Program-made: the position numbers and the translations under genes
Shown here: positions 12,385-24,185 of the stretch, in pieces
Layout: every line of letters starts with the position of its first letter
Position numbering within the stretch: position 1 is the first letter of the stretch
The notes under the pieces: generated by a model
The model's input: only the letters and a program-made list of their open reading frames with translations
Database searches by the model: none
What the model was told of the DNA's origin: nothing
DNA from: Basidioascus undulatus
Lineage: Eukaryota
Assembly: GCA_000826855.1 (NCBI GenBank)
Contig: JTLS01000050.1
Span: 1-37,721, forward strand
Length of the DNA stretch: 37,721 nucleotides
Reading direction: 5' to 3'

Positions 12385-13401
12385 TCAAACGCCAGCCCTC
12401 TCCCTAAGTCCGCTCTCCGCCTCCCGCGCAACCTCATCCGGCTTCTGGTCGATCCCCACAACAATCGTGCACTCCTCCTCGCCCTCATTCGACGGCTCCT
12501 CCAAGGTCTCCCACTGGCTCTCGAGCATCTTCACCCCCATAAAGTGGCCCTTCCGCTCCCTCATCCGCTGCGCCAGGAGCGCCTTGCTCCCCTTCAGGTA
12601 CACAAAGTACACGTCGAGCGCGTCGGACGCGGGGACGTGCGCGTTCGGGTGTGCCTTGTTCGGCAAGTTCGACGGGCTAGGCGGCTTCGCTTGCCCGTCG
12701 CCCCCGTCGTCCGCAGGCGCGGGCTCCCCGCGCAGGATGTCCCGGTACTTCTTCTTCAGCGCCGAGCACGCGATGATGCACGTCGGTCGCCGCGCGTTCT
12801 CAGGGCGCGCACCCTCCCACTGCTCCTTACAGATCCGCTCGGCCGTGGAGCGGATGACGGCGAGCCAGGGGAGACGGTCCGCGTCAGTTAGGGGGTGCCC
12901 GGCCGACATCTTGGCGACGTTCGACTTGGGGTGCAGGTCGTCCCCGTCGATGAAGGGCACCGAAAGCCGTTGCGAGATGAGCGAGCCGATGAGAGACTTG
13001 CCTGAGCCGCAGGTGCCCTAAGTGTGGTGGGTGAGATGTCAGCATAGGACATGGAATTTGCAAATTCTCACATAGGACGCGATGTGGAAGGTAAGATCGT
13101 TGACGAGAATAACAACCCCTCCAAGCGGTTGCATCACCTCCCGCTCCACAGCCTGCAGTCCGCGCGACCTTCCACCTCCTCAAGCAGCTCATGCCCCCCT
13201 CAACGACCTCACCGCCTTCCGAGATACATTGGATCAACCAGGCAGCTCATCCCAACTTACCATGACGATAACAAGTGCCGGCCTCGGGTGCTCCTCCGCC
13301 AGGACGACGTCCTTCTCGTCCATCCCCTGCGCGCGCGCCTCGACGAGCGCGGGGTCGTCGTTGGAGAGGTGCGTGTCGGGTGCGGCGGTGGCTTCGGACA
13401 T
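12385..13401 (-). CDS. Gluconokinase (GntK/IdnK thermoresistant glucokinase family)
   Basis: LVIVM|GTCGSGKS (Walker A split by an intron of about 240 nt), FIDGDDLHPKSNVAKMSAGHPLTDADRLPWL, IIACSALKKKYRDILR, RKGHFM..MLESQ. Confidence 0.93.
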
Positions 13402-13520
13402 ACTGCTGTCTCTAGGTGTAGATTCAACTGATGTGGAGGATTGGAAAGAGGAGTAGCTGGTGGTGATGATGGTGGAGGGTCAAGGCCGGTCGTCGCAGCG
13501 AGAAGACGTCGTCGATCTCT

Positions 13521-13556
13521 CCGGGGCAGTCGGGCCGGGGCAGTCGGGCCGGGGCA
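13521..13556. repeat. 14-bp G-rich tandem repeat upstream of gluconokinase
   Basis: CCGGGGCAGTCGGG x2 plus CCGGGGCA. Confidence 0.85.
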
Positions 13557-14682
13557 CCGGACGCAGCTTCAAGTGGGGGTGTTTTCTCCACTGCCATTTT
13601 CTTTCTCGGCAGCATTCTCAGACCGGTACACAGCTATTAATCATTCCTAAAAAGTTCGAAACAATTCAACGCAGTCAGAATATTTCAACGGGTTGCACCA
13701 AGTTGGATTCAGAGTTGCAGGCAGTCTCCTTACTGCTTCCGTCGGACGGACTGCGCTGCCGCAAGATACTTGTGTGGTGGAAGAAAAATCATCTTCCAGG
13801 AATAGGCGGGTAGGTCATCCTCCTTGAACTACTAGAGTGGCATTCCGTAGAGGCCGTAGACACCTGAGGCAAATGTACGCGGTATCTGTTGGGCATTAAC
13901 TGTGGGCTGGGCCACGTTGAAAAGCAGCAGCAAAGACACGAAAGTAACACTTTGCCGATGTGCGTGAGAATTAAAAAAAACCACTGCGTTTGACGATAAT
14001 TGGGGAGGGAAAAGAGGGGCAAAATAGCCGACCAAGGCGAAACATAATCCCACGCTCTCGGAAGGATGTGAAGTTAACGTAGCTACTTTGCCACGGCTCC
14101 TTCTGGGATGAACAGGAACAAAGAATTTAGATAATATAAAATAGCAGACTACAACCTCCATCTAATACAGGTTTTGACGGAGGTGTCAAGCTAAGACTGC
14201 CCGATAACTTGAAGCATGCCACTTCATGTGACCGTCCGAACCCACATGGACGTATACTCAGCTTCTGATGGCATATACATTCATACGATGCGTGGTCCTG
14301 CGACGTTTGAGTAACACTTCTTTCCCGGCCACTGTGGCATTGTAGTTTACTAGGTGCCATTAGACTGTTTATGTGCAACCGGTTCAGCCAGCATTACATA
14401 GCGGACCCGTTTGAGGCATTGCTCCTCTGACGACTTTCGCTCGACCTTTCCGCAACGACTTCATCGGGAAAGTTCCGTGATCCCGAGGTTCCCCCCTTTT
14501 GTCTTTGTCAGTCTTTGGTGCTCGTGCTGATGCAACGATGTTAAATGGAGGTGCTGCGCAAGGGACGTACGGTCTTCCCCCTCGGAATCGTGCAAGGTCC
14601 GTGAGGCTCTCCCAGTACGCATGTGCTCCATGCCATTCCTCCCGTCCTCCACACCAAACGCTGACATACAGCCTCAGTCCCC

Positions 14683-16431
14683 TCACCATGCCTCTTCTCC
14701 CGCTCCCTCCTCCACCCACAGCATCCGCTCCTCCAGGTCCCTAGCCCACTTAACTACGCGCGGGTCGACGTGCACCTTGCGCCTTTCGAACCCGCGCACC
14801 TGTAGGCAGTCCAAGCTAGTCGCCCGGCTGAGCGCCACGTAGGCTTGCCCTGCAGGGGTCGAGAGCGAAAGCGTCGTTGAAGTGGTCGCAATGGAGGGGA
14901 AGGGAAGGGGAGGAAGCAGGAGGCACGTACCGGGCGCGAAGGAATGCGTGAGATCGAGCTTGACGCGCTCGATCGTTTGACCTCTGAGGAGAATATAAGT
15001 GATCAGAGGGCGGAGTGGAAGCAAGAGCCGCGTAACAGATTCGTACTGTGCTTTGTGGATTGTCAAAGCCCAGCTCAAGATGAGCGGGACCTGCGCATCG
15101 TCAAAGGCAGTCAGCTCTCATGGCCCCTTCAACCGAACAAAGTTGGATAACCTGCAATCCTTGCGACACACCTGAGTCCTGCACGCCTCCTGCTTCCCGT
15201 CCAGCAGTTCGATGATGAAAGTCGTTCTATCCGATGAACAGCGTGTCAGTCTTCGCCCCCTTCCTCTCCCGGCTTAAATCGGGCTGAGAAAACTCACGGT
15301 GGTATGACAAGCTGCTTCTCGCCCGTTGACAAGAACTTGACGATGGGCCACACGCCCCCCTTGCATCTCTTCTCCGTCACGACGTTCCCGGCGCCAAGCG
15401 ACTCTTTGCGGCCGACGCGCCGTTGCTCGACCACCTCGCCTATGAGCGCCACTTCGACGCGCTCGCCGGTTTCCTCCGCGTGCGCAAAGTACCGCCCCGA
15501 GTGCGTCGCTTCGAGGCGGCCGGACGTGCGCATGAAGCCCGTGACGAGCCCGATCGAGCCGTTGACGAGGTTGTCGGAGGACATGTTCTGGCAGGCGGTG
15601 GGAGTGCGTGAATGAGAGCATGGAAGAAGACGAGCGCGGAAGATCGCACCTTGATCAGCATTACGGCTGCTCCGACTTTCAACTCGAGACGCTGCGCCTG
15701 GAAAATGACATCAGAGCAGACGAGCTGGAAGGGCAACATCAATCGAGTACCGCTAGCGTCCGCGAGTCAAGCTTCTCGGCGAGTTTGGAAGGCGTCAGGT
15801 ACGACACATACGAGACGTCGGTCGCTTGGTAATGTTGCGATTGACCCTGAAGGAGTCCAAAGAGTGAGCGACAGAGTGTCAAAACCGACGCCGGGAAGGG
15901 AGACTTTGCCTTGAGGGCTTTGAGTCGTGTGCTGTTGGCGTAATCAACCTCACGGCGAGTGGGATATCTGCCGTAGTTTTAGCATGTGTAGCAGGCATAG
16001 AGGGAGGTAGAGCGAGAACTTACAGCTCAACCGGCTCGAACCCATCCTCGTACCGCACCTCCCTGTCGAGCGCCTTGAAAGCCCGCACAGTCTCGTCGCT
16101 CAAGCATGCGTTCCTCGTTTCCGTGAGCATGCGCACGAAACCTGTGTCGCTCGGAAGGAAAGGCCAAGCATCAGCCTGAAAAGCTAGTACTTTCATAGGG
16201 CAAGTTCACTGACGTTCGTCTTGCTGGCGGAACACGGTCTTCAGCATGCGCTGGACCGGCACAGCGTGCTCCCACAGCGGACTCTGAAAAGCGAACGTCG
16301 AGGGTATTTTCCCGCCTGGTACAGGGGGAAGCTGGTAGAAGTCACCGACCAAGACGAGCTGGGTTGGCATGCGTAAGGGTCCATGTTTCGTCAACAGGGA
16401 GAGTCAACAGGAGCCATGCGGACCTGGATGC
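14683..16431 (-). pseudogene. Pif1/Rrm3-family DNA helicase, 5'-truncated (motif III to C-terminus only)
   Basis: IQ|LVLVGDFYQLPPV, VFRQQDE, YPTRREVDYAN, LELKVGAAVMLIK|NM..LVNGSIG, Q|VPLILSWALTIHKAQ|GQTI, G|QAYVALSRA. Spliced frame is open to TGA at 14683; I could not find Walker A/B exons in the window. Confidence 0.85.
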
Positions 16432-16699
16432 TTTTTTTTGATCTCCTCAACTTCTCCCTTTACAACCATCGCATCGCATCGTCCCATTCTAGCTCCGACA
16501 GGTGCTACATCTTACTTACGATTTCCCATATCGCTTCCATTCCTTGCATTGTTGTCTTGCTCATGATTCCGTGAGTCTTCATCTTCTTGCTTAGTAGCAT
16601 CCTCCTACTCCTCCTCCCCACGCCCGCCCCTCCATTAATCCTTCCCCGCCCCCGCTAATAAAATCCCAGGTCGCCGCGACGCAATGCAGCCTACCTGTA
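16432..16699 (+). pseudogene. Possible 3' remnant (intron tail plus last exons) of an unidentified membrane-protein gene
   Basis: Pyrimidine tract, hydrophobic stretch CYILLTISHIASIPCIVVLLMIP, GTGAGT...GCTAAT...CAG intron (about 16571-16669), then SPRRNAAYL*. Confidence 0.35.
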
Positions 16700-17149
16700 G
16701 TATCATCGTCCTAATTTACTCTGTACTTTGCCGAATCTTTACATCGATATACCTCGCATCGTATCGCAACTGTGCTTGACTTTTGGATCGGCATGCGGCG
16801 TGCCTTCCAGTGCAGGAGAAAGCGAGCAGATTCATGGTTGTTTTGCTTCTCCACTAGATTCGCATCAGGCTTTCGCTCTCTTTTCGGTGGGCTCATGAGA
16901 AGAATCAGTTCAATGAGTACCACTTCCCTCGTTGCCCGCCCTTTGATCTGATCAAGGCATCGAACACGTCCGTCGAACACAGTCTTCGAATGATTCCTCG
17001 TCAGTTGGCTAAAAGGCCTGACGCCGCGATGTCACCGGGGGGGATAACTGTGCGCGCTTGCGCATTCACAAGACAAGCACGCACTTACGAGGCACTGATT
17101 CGCATCGGCAGTGCCAGCTCACCTTTTGCCAAATAAGAATCCATCAATT

Positions 17150-18000
17150 GTTCTGCGGGTATATGGAGTAACCAGTGCGCTGGAGTAACAGAGCTTCAGA
17201 CTCTAAGGAATCTTTTGGGCTGTTCTCCGCTCCATCGATCGTCCGGACTGGACAGTTTGGACCGCTGGGCGGGGGCGGTGCTGATGACACAAACGTCGAG
17301 ACCAACGAGGATCCCAGCTGCACTGCCTCTGAGAAAACTCTCGAGGTTAAGGAATTTACATCAGCATACAGAAGCAACGGCGCATGGGTGCAAAGGAAAG
17401 TCGGAAGGGGACACGGAGAAACGGACGAAACGTGGTGTAGGCGGTGCCGCGGGCAGATGCAAAAGTGGCGGAAGCCCTAGAAAAGTACTGCGATGCTCTC
17501 AGCAGGCTATAGAAAAACAGGATTAGAAACTCCAGGGTACACGGTTTACTCGCCAGCACGCAGAAACCCACGCACACATAATCAACTCAACACGAGCCTC
17601 GAGGTGCCGTGCGATTGTCAACAGCCCTTCGACATTCCTGTACGCCGAGCCATCTTGCTTTCGAAGGGCCTCCAAGAGCCCCACCAGGTCACACGCCCAC
17701 TGCAGTAACCCTCGAGGTGCTCGACAATGTGGAGGGGAAGAGCAGCGAATGACGCCTCGGCCGGCGCGCTGAACAGCGCGGGCGCTTTGTTCGAGATTCG
17801 ACACCGTCCGCGGGCTGTGCGGGGTGCAGAGATGTGGTAGTGCGAGAGCAGCACATCGGTAAAACTCTCGGCCAGCGGATGCACCGTGAGCGGGTCTTCG
17901 AGATCCGAGGAGTGTGGAAGCAGCACGTGTGTGTTCAACGCTGTCTGGCTGGGCCGCTTCATGCGGGATAAGGATGAATGGTAGAGATGCGCGAGTTCCA
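17150..18000 (-). pseudogene. Possible degenerate F-box-like gene
   Basis: SFAALPLHIVEHL motif; coding-like sequence continues in another frame (DLVGLLEALRKQ...ARVELI) up to a GTGCGT donor. Confidence 0.3.
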
Positions 18001-18799
18001 TGGAATACGGGGGAAGTGAGGAAGGTGCAGAGGGGCATAGGGGGATTTTGTCAAAACGGGGTTTGGGAATAAAACTGAACGCGTCGGTAACGCGTGATGC
18101 CGTAGCTATCGTCTGTCGGGAAGCTCGACATGACGTGTTCCAGTGCATTCAGCATTTTTTTTTTAGTTTTCACAGCCTGTTCTCCTGTTAATCGCTCCGT
18201 TCCTGTCAACAATCCTTCCTCGGGAGCTTAAAGGTGAGGCTCATTTAGAAAGTCCTTCCGTCTGGCGGTTGTGTTCTGACGCACCATAGGCATGTCGTTT
18301 TGTCCGCCTTGCGGGCCCTAGTTCCCGCTTCATCAAAGTACGGGACACATCCGTAGGTCGGACCTGGAGGGGGTAGGAACGTTGTACATGAACTCAGATT
18401 GGGGGATGTGTCGCGGTCGTGTGCCGGGTGAATTGGGGTAAAGTATGTTGCTTCTTCAACGTCAGACGGTTTGTGCGCCCATGTTGTCCTCCCTCTTTTA
18501 CCTCCACCATACCCGTTCACGTTCTCGATTATGGACACAGAAAAGTTATGAAGTTTGTGGCTCATTCGTGCCAGTCAAAAAGGCTCTTGGAGATCCCTGC
18601 ACGATCGGCGACCCGAAGCAAAAGAACACATGAGAGAGACATGAAGAGTCTTCAAGCCTTTGGCGTTAAATCACGTGTTAAAAAAATGTATGAAGCTGTA
18701 GAATCAGAGACTTGATGCATACGAAATAAGGTCACGCTGAAGCGTGAGGGAATTGGGCGGCGATACATTGGCTAGCCCGTCAAGAACCTCGGTGATTCT

Positions 18800-20340
18800 A
18801 GGAATCGCCGGCATACAGGGCCGCACAGGAGGAAGACGCTTGGAACTTGTTCCTAAAAGGAACATGAAGTGAGAGAGAGTTACTCCTTCGACGTCTTGTC
18901 GCCCCAGTGCATCATCTGAAACCATTCGTCGACGAGGTCCATGAGCGTCTCAAGGTTGCCGTACGCAGCAGGCTGAGGTTCATGCGGACGACGAATGGCG
19001 ACGAAGGTCACAAACGCAGCAAGGGCGGCCAGGCCGATGGAGAGGTAAAAGATCTCTGCAACAACTGCGAGGAGGAAGGAAGAGCTTTGAGTCAGAGTGG
19101 ATAAGTCACTTGAAAAGAAAGAGTCTTCTCACTTTGACAGGCCGCATGAAGCTTGAAAAGAACGGACTGAGCGGCATCGCATTCCAGTGCATCACCGCCT
19201 TTGCGATGAAGAGGATAAGGCCCGGCCAGCTCGCGGTTGCGGCCAAAAACGAGTTTCCGGCTGGCTGCGCCCCTGCGTCGCTCGAAGCTGGGGGCCAGGA
19301 ATGCTCATCCCGGACAAGCGTGACGACAAGCTCGCAGCAGTGCAAGCCGGAAGTGACGAAGCTTTGAATAACGAGCGTGATGGCGATGTTGCCGGCCAGA
19401 GCAAAATTATGTTTTATGCGAGAGTCCTAATCGTTGCAAACAGGTAGATTTCGTTCTGACCGTCAAGGTCGGGGGAGGGGAAAAAAGTCCATTCGGCATA
19501 GGATCCTGCTCGTCGCTGCGCCCGGCGAGGATGGCCCAGACGATGCTCCCCAGACAGCACTGGCCGGAACAAGAGCTCATGTAAACCACACAACCCGACG
19601 GGCCGACGGATGGAACGCCCACGCTGAAGGCTGGCGCTTATTGGGGTAAGCCGGGTCCGAGGAGGCAGACTGCTGCGAGTCGGCACGGAGCGCATGCAGC
19701 GAGCGGGCACACGGTGCAAGAGTCCGCCGGTAGCAGCACCCGGAGCTACATGAAGTGGGCTGCTGCTCCAGGTGTGAACCTTCGTGCACAGCAAGCAGAC
19801 TAGAGCAAGAGCAGCCTGAAGTATGATGCCGACACCGGCGACGATAGGCGACACGAAGTAGACATAGGCGAGCTCCTCCACCCCGCCGTTGGTCATCGTC
19901 GATGTAGCGCACGAGCTCGCCGCGTATGAAAGCACATAAGCGAAAGCGAAGATTACGTTGACGAGAAACCCGTTCGCGGGTTTCCAGCGCGGACAACACG
20001 CATTGGCGTTGAAGCGGAGACGGCCTCCCGAGCCAACGTCCATTTCAGCGTGGTGGCATGCACGTAGGCTGTCGAGTCCGTGTAGAGAGTGATGATAACC
20101 GAGAGGCCCAGGCCGATCACCTTGCTGGCGTTACCCAAGACCGGGCTTCCGCCGTTTCCGACGACCCACAACAGAATGCCCGTCACGACGAAAGCTGCGC
20201 CACCAATGAAGCTCAAGGCGAGACCCAGAAAGACGATGAGACGACTGCCTGGACCGAAGTGGATCGAATCCGCTGGTTTGTTGAGCAGGTGGTCCGCAGA
20301 GCTCAAGGGAACGGTCCTGGTCAGAACTTTGGTTGAGATG
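18800..20340 (-). pseudogene. Degenerate multi-pass membrane protein of a conserved fungal hypothetical family
   Basis: Blocks DSTAYVHATTLKWTLARE/RLRFNAN (1-nt frameshift near 20025), TWSSSPL, RVPARCMRSV, QPSAW...WFT*ALVP (TGA 19579-19577), QGFVTSGLHCCEL...RDE, PQPAAYGNLETLMDLVDEW...WGDK, GTSSKRLPPV, spread over several frames. Confidence 0.7.
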
Positions 20341-21228
20341 GGCTAGTATAGCAAACCCTCAGACTGAACAAGTTCCTATTCCTGAGCCGCATCACAAGTC
20401 CAAGTGTCTCCTTTATATTGAAATTTTATTCTTTAAAGGTGTGGTCTCTTTAAGAAAGCTAATACTCGGTCTCTGTGCTGACCCGACAGCCGTTCAGCAC
20501 AGCCCGCTCCGCCGCCTGATTGCGTCGTCTCGCGGCCGCGGCTGATCGAGACTTTGTGATGTTCAGCTTAAAAAATATAGTAGCATACTCTACAACACTT
20601 GCGACGACTGACAGCCTGTTCCGACCCCAGCTGTCGTAGATACGGACAGTCCAGAACAGGTCGAGTAGTGAGAGGCAACGTTGTCAGGCCTGGCGGGTGG
20701 GAATGCGACAAACCAAAGTCGCAGTCATGGAGGTTCAGTCCTCGCCAGGCTTGCGTGGTCTCTCTACCTTCAAACAATGATTCGAGTGCACCAACCCTGA
20801 GCCGCCAGCTTAAACTGTGTCCCTTGTGCTCTGGGCCCTCTCTGGAAAACAGCGGAACGAAACCGTATTTCGATGAATCATTTCACTTGCGTAGATACCA
20901 TTATGCAACTGCTACATGCCTGCTCGTCTCACCAGTCGCAGGAGCGGAAGCGCTGTGCGGCCGACCCATCAAAACACATGAGCGCAAGCACTACCGCCTG
21001 AGCGTTTAGCGTGGGGGCCCCGACAGGCAATTAACATTGAAGCTCATCCTCCGCCTGTCCCAGAGTATGTATTAACCCTACAAATCCTATGCTTGGCTGA
21101 GTGTTCACAGCGCTAAAAACGGAATATTGCGGAACCGACTGTCAGGGAATACACGCTCGAGCGTTCGCGTTCGTCTCTTGCACCCGCAACACCACCTCGA
21201 TCGCTCTCTCATTCTCAAGACAGAAGCT

Positions 21229-23765
21229 ATGCAAGCAGACGCTTCAAAAGCGCACTCACTTGAGCCTGACCGCAATTTGCAGACGCCGGTGAAGGAGGAG
21301 GTGTTGCACAAGTGGACGGCGGAGGAGAAAGCACGGCAGGAGAAGAGGCTGGTACGGAAATTAGACGGTGAGCCGCATTCCTACTTGTACATAGGACGTA
21401 AATGCGAACGCTGCTGACGAGACGACCGGCGATGGATAGCCGTAATCATGCCTCTCACGATGCTTCTCTATTTGTTCTCCTACTTGGATGTATGTCACGG
21501 CAGTTCCAGTGTGTAGACACCTGCTAATGTCATCCTCATCAAAGCGAAGCAACCTTGGCAATGCACGCGTTATCGGCGCTGAAGAAGACGTGTTTTGGGA
21601 CCACCGAGACGGATACGATTTAGCTTCGTCCATGGCGTATGTGGGCCTTATCATCTTTTAGGTTGGTTCGCTGTTCTGTGAACAACAGGGAAGGTCTGCA
21701 GTGCTAAATTCTTACTGTGCTCGCTACCGCAGGTTCCGGGTACACTATGCTCAAAGTCAGTGAATTTCGCAGGCTACACGACCGCAGTGCTGATTGAGGC
21801 GACACTTTCAGGTTATTCCACCCGCCCTACTGGATCGGAGCGATGACTATTGGCTGGGGTCTGGTAGGTTCAAGCTTCGCAGCTCCTTTTCGCTCGTCTG
21901 ACTCGAGGAATTGTACAGGCCTCCACGCTGCAGGCGGTGATGTTTAACACAGCAGGTGCTTGTGCGGCGCGATTCTGGATAGGGTTCTTTGAGGCTGGAT
22001 TCGGTCCCTGTGCGTCACCCGTACTCCTAATGCTCAGCACGCACTCACATCAGAAGAGGAAAAAGCGACGCTGCTGTACTTTTCATTCTGGTACACTCGG
22101 GAAGAGTACGGTCTTCGCGCTTGCCTTTTTGTTGGGTATGTCTTCTATACCTGTTACTTTGTATCTTGTCTGAAGCTAAAAGAATTGTTTGCTGTCAGTA
22201 CGGCAGCCGGTGCGGGCGTCTTCGGCGGCATTCTGGGTTACGGGGTGTCCCTCATTCACTCTCACCTCGAAAATTGTGAGCAGGCTCAACCCACAGAAAA
22301 CTTTCTCTGGCTGAGTGTGCTTTTCACAGGGAATATTCTTTTCCTCGTCGAGGGACTTCCCACGATTTGCCTCGGCAGTAAGTGCCGGAAGCGACGCGAC
22401 GCTTTCTTCGACGTGTCCAGCTAATCCTGAGCACACGTCCAGTCCTGATCATCTTCGCTCTGCCTGGCCGCCCTGAAGGGTCTCGATACTTGACGGAAGA
22501 AGAGAGGGTACTGGCTGTTGAACGCATGTGCGCAGGTATCCCGCCTTATGAGTGCCGGACCACCTTGAACCCCTTTTGTGCAGGAATCGCGGGGTAACCC
22601 CCGAGAAACCGAACTCGGTGGACCTGAAGACTGCATTGAAGTGCTTTGCGTAAGCCACCCTCACCTTAAACCTCCTTGATGCCATTTCGTTGACAGGTTT
22701 CGTCCTGCGCAGCGACCCGTACGTCTACGTGTACGCAGTAATCTATTTCGGCTTGAACGTGTCGTTAGCATCTATTGCTGCGTTCCTGCCCACCATTATC
22801 AAGTAATCTCCCAGAAAATGGGGCGCTTAAAAGTTTCTAATCGCCGTTCATTGCAGGACTCTTGGTTACAGTGCGAGTCGAGCTCAGCTCATGCAAGTTC
22901 CGCCCGTACGTCGCAGCATCCTGGCTATCGCCTGCATTACTGACAGCGTCCATCGCAGTATTCTCTCGCTTTCGTAGTCATAGTGCGGAATGACAACCTA
23001 CATTTGAACTATGGCCCAACTCATTATGTTGCTGTCTACAGGTCGTCTGCGGCTATCTATCCGATCGGTGGCGCGTTCGGAGCGTTCCGATGATCTTGTT
23101 GGGGCTCGTCGGCGGCGCTGGATACCTCATTCTTGCAACGGTTCATGACAATCAAGCTGTTCGCTATTTGTGAGGGTTCATTATCCAGCTTAGTTGTGGC
23201 GTTCGTGCGAGACTGACACCATTGTTGCAGCGCCATATTCCTCTCTGTGCCGGCCATCTATCTCGGCATTCCGATAGTCGTATCCGTGCGTCTCACGCTT
23301 TTTATCGAGCTGCATTTACCTGTCTGACTTGCGCGTAGCAGTGGATTTCAAACAACTCGGCAACAGAAAGCAAGCGCGCGGTCGGCGTAGGCCTCGTAGT
23401 CTCAATCGGTCATTGCGGCAGGTAGGTAGGTTGCGCTTGGTTTCGGAATGTCATTTACACAAGCTCCACCCACCTGTAGCGTTACCGGAAGCCACATTTA
23501 CCCAAAGCAAGAGGGTAAGTCCCTTGATAGCTCCCTATTCGCTGAAGCTGACTTGTCTTTGCTGGCGGCAGGGCCTCTCTACATCAAAGGTGTTAGCATC
23601 TGCGCAGCGTTCGCCTTCCTCGCCGCTGTACTCGCTGCACTGTTGGCGATCGCGCTGCGGAGGGAGAATGCGAAAAAGGACCGACTTTTTGGTCCAGCGC
23701 GTACGGAAAATACTGTCGCGCAAGATGAGGGGGAGAGTAGTGCCGCTTTTCGATATGTCATTTAA
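21229..23765 (+). pseudogene. MFS anion:cation symporter (Dal5/Tna1/Soa1 family) with a single in-frame TAG
   Basis: EKRLVRKLD, YLFSYLD|RSNLGNA, RFWIGFFEAGFGP, FSFWYTREE, W.ILFLVEGLPT, FLPTIIK, AQLMQVPP, YLSDR. Many GT-AG introns; only lesion found is TAG at 21659-21661. Confidence 0.8.
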
Positions 23766-24185
23766 TGATTTAGGGCTGCGTTGTGACCATGTTTCCTTTT
23801 TTAATTGTTTCTCGAAAGCGGACCGACCTCTGTATATAAGTTGGGAGGATTGAACTTGCAGTAGTGAACCCTCTAAGACGGGGGACTGCACTTCGCTTCG
23901 GCTCGAGGGCATCGCACATCGTGCATCCCCTGAATCTTGATTTCAAACGCATTCGGAATTTTATACCAGGAATAAATTGCTAACTGTGAGGTTCGACATA
24001 TCAAAAGTTGCGACGGGGCGCGCCCGCGGATACTTAACAGCGAGTGCCCTTGCGTGGGATAAAAGTCGGCAATAGACGCCGGCTAGTTTCCGCTTGGATC
24101 CCAAGAGACATGCAGTTGCGGCTTCTTCTCCTTCCTCAACAATCACCATTACCCACACGACTAACCTCATCATTTCTAATCTACA

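Noticed and set aside
13019..13260. Unusually long gluconokinase intron as a snoRNA host
   Set aside because: No C/D or H/ACA box arrangement identified by eye.
13760..13860. ILVWWKKN resembling the hAT dimerisation domain
   Set aside because: The expected downstream P..S...ER.FS motif is not recognisable; too short to support.
14683..16431. Helitron or other Pif1-bearing transposon
   Set aside because: No Rep/HUH or transposase domain and no convincing hairpin-CTRR end or TIRs seen; motifs look like cellular Pif1/Rrm3.
18245..18565. ORF with ARKADKTTCLWC, faintly Zn2Cys6-like
   Set aside because: Cysteine spacing is incomplete and there is no other support.
1894..21661. Stop-codon reassignment or RNA-editing system explaining in-frame TAG/TGA at 1894, 19579 and 21659
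   Set aside because: Two of the three genes also carry frameshifts, TAG appears to terminate intact genes (YeeE, VPS53), TGA terminates SF3B1 and others, and single transitions explain all three.
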